DNA from: Nitrospirota bacterium
Lineage (GTDB): Bacteria > Nitrospirota > Thermodesulfovibrionia > Thermodesulfovibrionales > Dissulfurispiraceae
DNA: 64,000 nt
NCBI GenBank assembly: GCA_040758355.1
Contig: JBFLWF010000003.1
Coordinates: forward strand, 65,325-129,324
Direction of reading: 5' to 3'
The first letter of the stretch is position 1. Every line of letters begins with the position of its first letter. Under the pieces are notes generated by a model. The model ran no database searches, was not told the DNA's origin, and saw only the letters and a program-made list of their open reading frames with translations. Of this stretch, positions 1 to 9,145 are shown in pieces. The position numbers and the translations under genes are program-made.

Positions 1-1434
1 TGTTTCGATGGACTGAACGGCATTCAGCAATACATTGGTCAACACCTGATTTATCTGGAGCGGGTCTATAAATACATCAGGAAGATTGTTATAAAATTCT
101 TTCTTTATTTCGATATTCTTTGAGTCAAGCTTATTTCTCAAAGAATTGACAGCGTCTTCAACGATGCTGTTTAATGCGGTTTTCTCTTTCTTGGGCAGGG
201 ACTGCCGGGAATAAGTCAGGAGATCCTTTACTATTCTGGCGCATCGGTTGGCATCCTTTATTATTGTCTCGAGGTCTGCCCTGATTAAATCGTCCGAAAT
301 GCTTCTCTGCGTCAGTTTTGCGATGCCCATGATATTGCCTATGGGATTGTTTATTTCATGAGCAATTCCAGCGGCAAACTTGCCGACAGCGGCCAGCCGT
401 TCCGACTGACGGAGGCTTTCTTCCATGCTGTGAAGTTTTTTGAGGTTTTGCGCCATCCTGTTAAAGCTCTCAGAAAGCTCTCCCACCTCGTCCTGCGACG
501 CAACATCAATCCTATGCTCAAAGGCGCCGTTTCCTATCAGCTCGGCTCCTTCCTTTAGCTTGATGATAGGCTGTGTCAGTCTTCTTAAAGTAATGGACAG
601 GATAAATATTGAAATGGCAGCGATAACCAACAGGAGAATGAAGAGCGTAATCTGAACCCTTGCAATAATTTGCGGAAGTTTGTTCTTCTGAACAATCACG
701 ACCCTGCCGATGGCACTGCTGGATACATCGCTTAAAGGAAACTCAAGAAGAAGTCGATCCTCGGAATACATCTGATTATCAGGCTCCAGTGTGGATGATA
801 TGATTCTCTTATTATTGTCCATAAGAACTATGTCAGTATTACTCAATTCCTTTATTTTTGAAAGCAGCCTACTGTCTAAAGATATTCCGGCAGTAATAGT
901 GCCTATAATCTGATTTTCATTGTAATAGACAGGAGCAGATGCCCGTATCACAAATCCTCCCTCTGAAAGCTCTATGCCTGTGGAAATTTTCCTGTGAAAT
1001 GCATTCTTTATAAGCATGTCGTTTGACCTGTTGTAGCCGTATCTTTCATGGTTCTCTGCCGCTGCAATCACACGCCCTTTATTGTCTCCAATCTCTACCG
1101 AATCAAGCGTAAACGATTTATACAGGCGCATTGCAGCCCTCAGAGGATGCTCCCTTTCTCCTGCGAGCTCAGTATGATAAAAGAGGGTATCCTTAATCTC
1201 CCTGTCATTGCTGAAAAGCTCTGCGTATCCCGCAACCTTGCTCTTATAATCGTCAAAGAGTTTTACAACAAGATTCCTCACGCTCACAAGATGCTCCTGC
1301 TGCTGCATTAAAAGCGTATCCTTTATCAGATATGAAACAACCGGAAGCACTGTAACAGTAATCATCAAGATGATAAGAACAACGATCGAAGTTATCTTAT
1401 ATCTTATCGAAAGCCTTTTCCAGATATCCTTCAT
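1..1434 (-). CDS. Sensor histidine kinase (periplasmic sensor, HAMP, HisKA); runs off the left edge
   Basis: Not in the ORF track. Manual translation from ATG 1434 (ATGA overlap with the upstream stop) gives MKDIWKRLSIRYKITSIVVLII..., HAMP DEVGELSESFNRMA, H-box AAGIAHEINNPIG and N-box QVLTNVLLNAVQ; open to position 1. Confidence 0.9.
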   Translation of the reverse strand, partial: MKDIWKRLSIRYKITSIVVLIILMITVTVLPVVSYLIKDTLLMQQQEHLVSVRNLVVKLFDDYKSKVAGYAELFSNDREIKDTLFYHTELAGEREHPLRAAMRLYKSFTLDSVEIGDNKGRVIAAAENHERYGYNRSNDMLIKNAFHRKISTGIELSEGGFVIRASAPVYYNENQIIGTITAGISLDSRLLSKIKELSNTDIVLMDNNKRIISSTLEPDNQMYSEDRLLLEFPLSDVSSSAIGRVVIVQKNKLPQIIARVQITLFILLLVIAAISIFILSITLRRLTQPIIKLKEGAELIGNGAFEHRIDVASQDEVGELSESFNRMAQNLKKLHSMEESLRQSERLAAVGKFAAGIAHEINNPIGNIMGIAKLTQRSISDDLIRADLETIIKDANRCARIVKDLLTYSRQSLPKKEKTALNSIVEDAVNSLRNKLDSKNIEIKKEFYNNLPDVFIDPLQINQVLTNVLLNAVQSIET

Positions 1435-2252
1435 TTTATCCTTGCAAATCTCTTTCCGATTATAGCCTGCCCATCAGCGCTTAAAACAAAGTCTATAAAT
1501 TGCCTTGTCAATCCTGCCGGAATGCCTTTTGTAATAATATAGAGGTCTCCTGCAATCGGATACTTTCCATTTCCAATATTCTCGGGGATGGGAGAAATTC
1601 CATCAACATCTATAATTCTGACATTTGCCTTTTCGGCAAAAACCATGCTTACAACGCCTATGGCCGATGAAAAATTTTCTACATATTTCACTATCTCCTG
1701 ATCTGTTTTAACTATAATCGCCTTTTTTGCAACTGCGCCTTTAATGCCGAGAGCTTTTCTTACAGGTTCGTCCATATCCCTGCAATGATCCCTAAAGACC
1801 AATGCTATCGGCCTGTCTTCTTTATCAAATTTGTCAAATCCAATGCCAACCTGTTTCCATTTAGTGATATTTCCTTTATGAATATCAGAGACCTGCTTCA
1901 GGGTCAGATTTTTTACGGGATTTTTGGGATTTACAATAACCGCCTTCATATCAATGGCAACCCTATGCGATATCAGCCCGTGTTTCCTTGCGTCTTTTGG
2001 ATTCAAAGGACAGCACAAGCCGCCCATTGTATACCTGTCGTTTATGATAACGGCAAGCCCGTCCGAGCATCCTCCTCCCTTCACCGTTACCTTAATCCCG
2101 TATTTCTTTTGGAATGCCTTTGCCAGATCCTCAAGTGCGCCGTGCGTAAGGATATGGGTTCCCTGATAGCCGAACTCAGCGGCAAAGCAAAAGACAGACG
2201 ATACAAAAAGAAAAAGCGCAGATAAAAAAATGATTATAAAAGGGTGTCTCAT
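1431..2252 (-). CDS. PstS-fold periplasmic binding protein with a Cys-substituted pocket
   Basis: Signal peptide; PstS-like segments VIVNPKNPVKNLTLKQV..I.KGNITKWKQVG, GKYPI and FIDFVLSADGQAII. Confidence 0.8.
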   Translation of the reverse strand: MRHPFIIIFLSALFLFVSSVFCFAAEFGYQGTHILTHGALEDLAKAFQKKYGIKVTVKGGGCSDGLAVIINDRYTMGGLCCPLNPKDARKHGLISHRVAIDMKAVIVNPKNPVKNLTLKQVSDIHKGNITKWKQVGIGFDKFDKEDRPIALVFRDHCRDMDEPVRKALGIKGAVAKKAIIVKTDQEIVKYVENFSSAIGVVSMVFAEKANVRIIDVDGISPIPENIGNGKYPIAGDLYIITKGIPAGLTRQFIDFVLSADGQAIIGKRFARIK

Positions 2253-2266
2253 TTACACATTATACC

Positions 2267-3564
2267 CTAAATTGCATTGTACTCCTTCACATCGAGCCTT
2301 ATCCTCTTTAAATCCTCGGAATTATGGCCCGAATAAAGATACGAAAATACAGAGTTGTTGGTAAGCAGCGGATCAAGGCCATCATCTATAATGCCCGTTT
2401 TTACAAGCTTATCCCACGCTGCTGTCCCTTTGATGGGCGAAAATTCGGTAAGGTTTATCCGTACTCCGAGGTTCTTTAAAAATTCAACTCCTTCCTTCAC
2501 CTCTTCCAAATCCTGATCGGGCAATCCATACATGAGATAAACACCGATTTCCTCTTTTGTAAAACCCTGCTGTTTTAAATTCCTTATAGCCCTTTCTAAA
2601 TCCTCATTGTTCACCTTGTCACCAGTTTGCTTCTGTCTGCTTAAATCCACAGTTTCAAGGCTCGGTCTTATGGTCTTGAAGTTAGCTTCCTTCATCAGCC
2701 TTGCGAGTTCTTCATCGATAAACCTTGCATGTAGGCCGTTAGGCGTGTGAAACCTGATATTCGGTTTGGAATCGATAACGCCTTTAAGAATCGGTTTAAT
2801 ATGATTCCCGGCATCTACCAGAAGCGCATCGTCATAAAAGGCAAAATCACGAATACCCATATTACAAAGCTCCCAGATTTCTCCTAAGACACTGTCAGGT
2901 GAGCGTCTCTGGTAGTTGTCGATCAAGAGTTTAGATGCACAGTATGTACAGTGGAAGGGGCATCCTGTCGCTGTTAAAAGAGGTGCAAATGGATATTCCT
3001 CGTAGAGTTTAAGTTTGTAATATTGAACAGGCCATCCTTTCTTTTTTAGTTTAAAACCGAATGTGTACAATGCAAAATTGAGGCTGTCGTTTATATGCCC
3101 CTTATAAATAAAATCCGCGCCGGAATTCTTTGAGGCGTGTTCATGATAAATGGTTGCATATATCCCTCCGAGAACAATGGGCACATCACCGGCTACATCC
3201 CTTATAATCTCTATTGCTTTTTGAACTCCCTGATACCAGTAGCTCATGATAGAGGTCATTATGACAATGTCAAAGGGCATAGACTCTTTTATTTTATCTG
3301 TAAATTCGTCAATGCTTATTCCATATCGCCTGTAAAAAAAGGCATGTCTTTCAGCAATTCAGGCTTTTCAATAACCTCGGCTTTAAATTTCCCTGAGCCA
3401 TATTTTTTTATTGTGAAGGAATCCGTGCAGTCTATCAGTTTAATCTCCGCATCAAACTGGCTCAGATGTTCCGCAACTTTAAGCAGCCCCAGCGGCCTTG
3501 ACCACAGGTTATAGGCCGCAAAATCATATATCCATGGATTTACGAGAAGTATTTTAAGCTTCAT
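2267..3564 (-). pseudogene. B12-binding radical SAM protein split by a frameshift at a T7 run
   Basis: N-part MKLKILLVNPWIYDFAAYNLWSRPLGLL (3316-3564) and C-part with CPFHCTYC (2267-3280). One extra T at the run (A7 on +, 3334-3340) joins them as MPFFYRRYGISIDEF...SMPFDIV. Confidence 0.75.
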
Positions 3565-3593
3565 AAATAATTGAAACCTAACTTAATCGATTT

Positions 3594-3759
3594 TATATGT
3601 CAGGCACGGCTCAAAGACTTTAAAAAGTGTTTGTTCAAGTGTATTATAAAATTATAAGAGCATCACAACAATAAGTATCCAATGTTGTAGAATACGGATA
3701 CAAGATAAGTGTATTTGCAAGTGCGGGGTTTAAAGTCTTTTCGCCGCACCTGACATATA
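3594..3759. mobile_element. MITE-like element with 31-bp terminal inverted repeats
   Basis: TATATGTCAGGCACGGCTCAAAGACTTTAAA (3594-3624) matches the reverse complement of 3729-3759 at 27/31; no internal ORF. Confidence 0.55.
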
Positions 3760-3824
3760 TTCTTAACTTAAAATGGTGTAAGTTTTTTCTTTAAAGGTTA
3801 TATTAAGAATAACAGGTAGCAATC

Positions 3825-4853
3825 ATGTCAGACAACATATCATCGCAGATTTATAAAAGGTTTATCTGGGCCGGAGTGTCCCTGATATCCGTTTTAGTCA
3901 TCGGAACAACAGGCTACTGGGTTATCGGAAAAGGACAGTATGCCGTCCTTGATTGTCTTTACATGACCGTAATTACCATTGCAACAATCGGATACGGCGA
4001 AATAATAGACATGTCAGGCAACCCGGGCGGAAGGGTATTTACGATGTTTGTAGCCCTTTTCGGCATAGGAACACTGACATATATTCTCTCAAACTTTACT
4101 GCATTCGTTGTGGAAGGAGAACTTAACGAAACATTTCGGAGGAGGAAGATGGAAAAGGTAATTAAAAAATTCAAGGAACATTACATAGTATGCGGCATCG
4201 AGGGCGTAGGATTTCATATCGTAAGCGAACTCTCTGAAACAGGAAGGCCCCATGTAATAGTTGATATAGACAGGAAAAAGATAGAAAAGATTCTCGAAAC
4301 CTTCCATGAGAGGGTTTACATAGAAGGTGATGCCACAGACAGCGATACTTTATTGAAGGCGGGAATCATGGAGGCCAGTGGATTATTTGCGGTATCAGGC
4401 GATGACAACCAGAACCTCGTCATAAGCCTGACCGCGAAACAATTAAACCCCAACATAAGGGTGGTTGCAAGATGCCATGACCTGAAGAATATGGAAAAGA
4501 TGAAAAAGGCAGGCGCGGATGCAGTGGTGTCTCCTACATTCATAGGCGGTCTCAGGATGGCATCCGAGATGGTAAGACCAACGGTTGTCTCATTTTTAGA
4601 TATAATGCTCCGTGATAAGGAGAAAAACCTGAGAGTGGAAGAAATTCCGGTGCCCGAACCATTTGTCGGAAAGGCCGTTGCTGATTTACAGTTAAAGAGA
4701 TATCCGAACATGCTTCTGCTGGCTGTCAGGACAAAAGACGATTGGATTTTTAATCCGCCGGATGATTATGTTATAAAACCCGAAAATGCATTGATCTTTA
4801 TGTCCACACCACAGGAAAGGCAGGAGATGGAGAGGGTTTTTTCGACCACATAA
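3825..4853 (+). CDS. Potassium channel with TrkA-N/TrkA-C (RCK) domains
   Basis: 2 TM helices around selectivity filter TIATIGYGE; Rossmann motif HYIVCGIEGVG; GDATD. Confidence 0.93.
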   Translation: MSDNISSQIYKRFIWAGVSLISVLVIGTTGYWVIGKGQYAVLDCLYMTVITIATIGYGEIIDMSGNPGGRVFTMFVALFGIGTLTYILSNFTAFVVEGELNETFRRRKMEKVIKKFKEHYIVCGIEGVGFHIVSELSETGRPHVIVDIDRKKIEKILETFHERVYIEGDATDSDTLLKAGIMEASGLFAVSGDDNQNLVISLTAKQLNPNIRVVARCHDLKNMEKMKKAGADAVVSPTFIGGLRMASEMVRPTVVSFLDIMLRDKEKNLRVEEIPVPEPFVGKAVADLQLKRYPNMLLLAVRTKDDWIFNPPDDYVIKPENALIFMSTPQERQEMERVFSTT

Positions 4854-4859
4854 GCGCGC

Positions 4860-5705
4860 ATGGGATATTACGAATTCAAAATCGGCATATCGGATGAATC
4901 AAAGGATGCATTAATCGAGTATCTATCCGGCAAGGGATGTCTCGGGATTATTGAAGGCAACAGCAATATTACCGCTTATTTTCCGGACATTCTTGGCATT
5001 GATAAAATAACGGATTTCATGCAATCAGCAAGGCATTTACTCGGAAATTCAGGCCTTAATGACGAATTGTCCTTTGACCATGTCTTCATCGGTGAGAGGG
5101 ATTGGAATGAGTCATGGAAAAAGAAATTCAAGCCTATCGATGTTGGAGAAAACCTCACCATACTCCCTCCGTGGGAAGAAAATAATAATGGCAGGATAAA
5201 TTTGATCATTGACCCTGGCATGGCCTTTGGCACCGGGCATCACGAGACAACAAAGACATGCCTGATGCTCATAGAAAAATTCTCTAAAGAAAAAACCGAA
5301 AAGAACAGGTTTCTCGATTTCGGTACAGGCACCGGAATACTTTCCATTGCGGCATTGAAGCTCGGTTTTAAACATGCGGTCTGCGTAGATATAGACCCGC
5401 TCGCAATCGATGCAGCACAAAGAAATGCGGAACTCAATGGCCTTTGGGATATCGAAATAAAAGAAGGCAGCATCGCTATGGTGGATGGAAAGTTCGATTT
5501 TATAGCCGCCAATTTGATGTCGGAAATACTGATCCAGAATGCCCATGAAATATCATCACGCCTGAATAAATCAGGAATCGCCCTTCTTTCAGGAATAATT
5601 GTGGGACAGGAAAATGATGTCATTGCAGCAATGGAAAACAAAGGACTCCATGTATTAGAGAAATTTTATGACGGCAGATGGGTAACGATTCTTCTCACAC
5701 ATTAA
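4860..5705 (+). CDS. prmA: Ribosomal protein L11 methyltransferase
   Basis: DPGMAFGTGHHETT, LDFGTGTGILSI, LSGII motifs. Confidence 0.95.
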   Translation: MGYYEFKIGISDESKDALIEYLSGKGCLGIIEGNSNITAYFPDILGIDKITDFMQSARHLLGNSGLNDELSFDHVFIGERDWNESWKKKFKPIDVGENLTILPPWEENNNGRINLIIDPGMAFGTGHHETTKTCLMLIEKFSKEKTEKNRFLDFGTGTGILSIAALKLGFKHAVCVDIDPLAIDAAQRNAELNGLWDIEIKEGSIAMVDGKFDFIAANLMSEILIQNAHEISSRLNKSGIALLSGIIVGQENDVIAAMENKGLHVLEKFYDGRWVTILLTH

Positions 5706-6792
5706 ACCTGAAATTGATTATATCGCCGTCTTTTACTCCGTAAGTCTTTCCTTCAAGCCTCAATAGCCCCTTATCCCTTGCAGCAGACATGCTTCCCGAT
5801 GAAATGAATTCATTATAGCCCACAACTTCTGCCCTGATAAACCCTCTCTCTATATCGGAGTGTATCTTTCCTGCGGCTTGCTGTGCGTTTATGCCTCTTT
5901 TAATTGTCCATGCCCTTACCTCGTCTTCTCCACAGGTGAGAAAGGAAATAAAACCGAGGAGGTCATAACTCACATGTATCAATTTGTTAAGGGCAGGCTC
6001 CTGTATTCCGAGGTCGTCGAGAAATGCCCTCGCCTCATCGGGATTTAATTGTGCAATTTCCATCTCTATCTTCCCGCAGAGTGTTACGACCTTTGTTGTT
6101 TCCGAAATACCTTTGTCTGCAAAGTATTTTTCGGCGTCCTTCTGGAGGTTTAATGCCTTATCGGTATTTAAGTCTCCTTCTCCTATATTCAGAACAACCA
6201 CTTCAGGCTTTGTGGAGACAAACTGGAGGTGCTTCATGGCCTTCTGTTCCTCATCGTCAAAACTTACATTCCTGAGAGGAACTTCTTTTTCAAGGGCATC
6301 CTTACATTTAAGGAGCAGCTTTTTCTCTGCCTCATTGGGTTTTTTCCCTTTCTTTGCGCCCTCCTCCATTCTCGCAAGTCTTTTTTCGACAAGCTCTATA
6401 TCTCCAAATATCAGCTCAAGCTCCAATGTCTCGATATCCCTCAGCGGATTAATCTCATTCATGGGATGCGAGACCGCATCGTCCTCAAATGCCCTTACTA
6501 CATGGACGATGGCATCGGCATCCTTTATGAGATCGAAAACCTTTCTGTTCTGAGCAACGTCCCCCTTCGTAAGCCCTATGTAATCTATGTATTCAACCGT
6601 CGCATAAGTAATCTTTTTGGGTTTATATATTTCAGCAAGTTTATCGATCCTGCAGTCCGGAACCTTTACGACGCCGTAGTTAGGCTCTCCGCTCACTGTG
6701 GGATAAACTGTAGTTTCGAGGTTCTGTCCTGTAAGGGCATTAAAGACAGTGGTTTTGCCTGAATTGGAAAGTCCGATGATGGCTAATTTCAC
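5695..6792 (-). CDS. ychF: Redox-regulated ATPase YchF
   Basis: GLSNSGKTTVFNALT; AAGKIHSDIERGFIRAEV; C-terminal DGDIINFRFNV. Confidence 0.96.
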   Translation of the reverse strand: MKLAIIGLSNSGKTTVFNALTGQNLETTVYPTVSGEPNYGVVKVPDCRIDKLAEIYKPKKITYATVEYIDYIGLTKGDVAQNRKVFDLIKDADAIVHVVRAFEDDAVSHPMNEINPLRDIETLELELIFGDIELVEKRLARMEEGAKKGKKPNEAEKKLLLKCKDALEKEVPLRNVSFDDEEQKAMKHLQFVSTKPEVVVLNIGEGDLNTDKALNLQKDAEKYFADKGISETTKVVTLCGKIEMEIAQLNPDEARAFLDDLGIQEPALNKLIHVSYDLLGFISFLTCGEDEVRAWTIKRGINAQQAAGKIHSDIERGFIRAEVVGYNEFISSGSMSAARDKGLLRLEGKTYGVKDGDIINFRFNV

Positions 6793-6806
6793 ATATCCTC
6801 CAAAAG

Positions 6807-6886
6807 TTAAGTCATTAAGTTATTGGGTAATTAAGTTAGTATAAGCAAAACACGGTAAATTAATAACTTAATTACTTAATAACTTA
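6807..6886. repeat. Inverted pair of degenerate 8-mer arrays (TTAAGTHA)n ... (TAATWACT)n
   Basis: ttaagtca ttaagtta ttgggtaa ttaagtta, then taataact taattact taataact. Confidence 0.75.
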
Positions 6887-7157
6887 TTTTGAATCTTTTC
6901 TCGCGGGCAAAGTTTTTTATTACCATCAAGGCTGAATAAAGCCTCTGGAGTCTTATGTTCCTTTTCCTTATTAAACAGATATCGTCATAAGGGAAAGGCT
7001 CTGACCTGATCTCGATCTGTTTGCGCTCTATGGCCCTGCAGAGGGTTTTAAGAGCATTTTCATCAAAGGGTTTCAAATAAATGGGATTTACAGCAACAAA
7101 CCCCTCTGATATATCCGAAACTATGGCCCTGAAATTCCTTTTAGTCTGCTCTGCCAT
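6876..7157 (-). CDS. Hypothetical protein
   Basis: 93-aa ORF in operon order between tatC and ychF. Confidence 0.7.
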   Translation of the reverse strand: MAEQTKRNFRAIVSDISEGFVAVNPIYLKPFDENALKTLCRAIERKQIEIRSEPFPYDDICLIRKRNIRLQRLYSALMVIKNFAREKRFKISY

Positions 7158-7172
7158 TTGCCTGTATCCGAA

Positions 7173-7964
7173 TCAATCGCCTTCTGTTTTTGCCTCTTTT
7201 TTCACAAACAACGGCGAGATCCATATGCCTATTTCATAAAGCAGTATAATTGGCAAGGCCATCAATATCTGGTTGAATGCGTCGGGTGTAGGCGTCAAGA
7301 ATGCAGCGAGCACAAATGCTATCAATACTGCATATTTCCTGTTTTTAGCAAGGGTCTTGGGAGTAACAATTCCCATCTTTGTAAGAAAGATAATAATTAT
7401 GGGAAGTTCGAATACCGCACCGAATGAGAGGATGAACTTGAGGCAGAAATCCACATACTGCCCCACAGAAAGCATGGGCATTAAAAAATCACCGACCTTG
7501 TAAGTGAGAAGGAATCCCATGGCAAGGGGAAGGACTATGAAAAAACAGAATGCAGCTCCAAAGAGAAAAAGACCTGTTGCCGAAAAGATAAATGGAATCA
7601 CATATCTTCTCTCCTTGGGAAGGAGCCCTGGAGAAATAAATTTCCACAACTGGTGAAACATTACAGGCAGGGATAACATCAGGCCCGCAACAAAGGAGAC
7701 CTTGAGGTTCATCCAGAATGCCTCGGCAGGCGCAAGGAATACGAGCTTTGTGTTCTGGAGCTTGTCCTGTGGGACAAAGTGTACATACATATTCTTCACC
7801 GAGAAGTCCAGATTGTATCTCAGGGGAAACATTATAAATTTAAAAATCTCTTCGGAATAGTTGAAAGCCACCATAAAAGTAGCAAGGAGGGCCACTAAAG
7901 AAATGGTAATTCTTTTTCTGAGTTCGCCGAGGTGTTCTGTGAGGGGCATTTTTTCATCTTCCAT
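7173..7964 (-). CDS. tatC: Twin-arginine translocase subunit TatC
   Basis: MPLTEHLGELRKRI, QLWKFISPGL, FGAVFELP, AFLTPTPD. Confidence 0.97.
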   Translation of the reverse strand: MEDEKMPLTEHLGELRKRITISLVALLATFMVAFNYSEEIFKFIMFPLRYNLDFSVKNMYVHFVPQDKLQNTKLVFLAPAEAFWMNLKVSFVAGLMLSLPVMFHQLWKFISPGLLPKERRYVIPFIFSATGLFLFGAAFCFFIVLPLAMGFLLTYKVGDFLMPMLSVGQYVDFCLKFILSFGAVFELPIIIIFLTKMGIVTPKTLAKNRKYAVLIAFVLAAFLTPTPDAFNQILMALPIILLYEIGIWISPLFVKKEAKTEGD

Positions 7965-8243
7965 TTACCCTACCCCTTCAGCCTTTTTCTCGGTTTCTGC
8001 CGCATCTGTTTTTTCATTTTCTGTTTTTTGTTCTGACTTATAAACATCTGCCTCTAACGATATAGGCTGTTTTATATCGTGAAGCTCTGCATCCATCTGT
8101 TCCTTAACGCCATGCATTGCCCTTTTGAGCTCGGCAATCCCCTTTCCGAGGGTTCTGCCAAGTTCCGGCAATTTCTTGGGGCCAAAGACAAGAAGGGCAA
8201 CAATGAAAATTACTATAAGTTCCTGTATGCCTAAATCAAACAT
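7965..8243 (-). CDS. tatB: TatA/TatB family subunit (probably TatB)
   Basis: MFDLGIQELIVIFIVALLVFGPKKLPELGRTLG; directly upstream of tatC. Confidence 0.75.
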   Translation of the reverse strand: MFDLGIQELIVIFIVALLVFGPKKLPELGRTLGKGIAELKRAMHGVKEQMDAELHDIKQPISLEADVYKSEQKTENEKTDAAETEKKAEGVG

Positions 8244-8264
8244 GGCATTTTATTATAGCATAAA

Positions 8265-9074
8265 CTACTCTTCGTATATTCTCTGGATTCTTTTCTTTTC
8301 CGGAGGCAGGATTACACTTACAGAAAACATTAGCCTGTAGTCGGGGGTTCTGTTTTTTATATCGAAACCAACTCCGATAGTAGTATATAAATATTCGGTG
8401 GTTGCAATTCTGTATCCGAGTCTCCATTCCAGCATGTCTATCTTATTTTTAAAATAGTTTTTTCTTCCAACGACCTCGGCAAGCACCTTTGAGTCGTGTG
8501 TTACAGCCAGTTCTGCGCCGAGGTTAACAGAGTACTCATCTTTCAGTCCGTATTTGTCAGGTTTTGAATAAAGGGCGTTAAAATGACCCTTAAAAGGTCC
8601 AACTTTTTTTGTCAGCAACAAGCCTCCTCCAACCCTGCCTTCGGTGGTGAACTCATCCTTGCCGGATGGAGGTGATACTGTTAATACATAAGCAATTGCA
8701 GGTTCATATTTACCTTCATCCATTACCCTGTGCTTAATACCAAAGCTCACATCTTCAAAACCATCAACTCTGTTTTCCCACTCTGTCACATATGGAAGTG
8801 TTATGTTCATTTCAAATTTGTCATGGATGCCATATGCGAGATTAAAAACAGTGCGGTAGAAATTAGGGTCATAGGATTTTTCAACGCTTAATCCAAACCC
8901 TACCTTATTTTGTTTCAGGCTCTCTGCGCTGAATGTGGAAAATACTCCATAAGGAGGGAGGGGTTGCAAACCCTTTACATCAAAGGCATGGGCAGAAGTG
9001 GAAAGTAGCATTAAACATAGGATCAATAGAGCGATGCTCCAATACTCCGTTTTCTGAGACTTCTGATTTTTCAT
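8265..9074 (-). CDS. Exported beta-barrel / MetA-pathway-like transporter family protein
   Basis: Signal peptide (SAHA-FD); alternating beta-strand pattern; DGFEDVSFGIKHR...PPSG. Confidence 0.6.
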   Translation of the reverse strand: MKNQKSQKTEYWSIALLILCLMLLSTSAHAFDVKGLQPLPPYGVFSTFSAESLKQNKVGFGLSVEKSYDPNFYRTVFNLAYGIHDKFEMNITLPYVTEWENRVDGFEDVSFGIKHRVMDEGKYEPAIAYVLTVSPPSGKDEFTTEGRVGGGLLLTKKVGPFKGHFNALYSKPDKYGLKDEYSVNLGAELAVTHDSKVLAEVVGRKNYFKNKIDMLEWRLGYRIATTEYLYTTIGVGFDIKNRTPDYRLMFSVSVILPPEKKRIQRIYEE

Positions 9075-9081
9075 TTAGATG

Positions 9082-9110
9082 AGAATAGCAAAAACGCCTC
9101 TTTCTGTCAA
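9082..9110 (-). promoter_or_regulatory. Sigma70 promoter of a probably leaderless transcript
   Basis: TTGACA-17-TATTCT with TG extension; ATG follows 7 nt after the -10 with no SD. Confidence 0.6.
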
Positions 9111-9114
9111 ATAA

Positions 9115-9142
9115 CAATACTCCAAAACTCCATCACTCCATT
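9115..9142. repeat. 8-mer array (CAATACTC-like)
   Basis: caatactc caaaactc catcactc catt; the same unit occurs at 9036-9048 and 13795-13862. Confidence 0.7.
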
Positions 9143-9145
9143 GCC

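Noticed and set aside
358..1311. Plus-strand ORFs 358-558, 440-655 and 1048-1311
   Set aside because: Antisense shadows of the minus-strand histidine kinase. The same applies to most short opposite-strand ORFs in the track.
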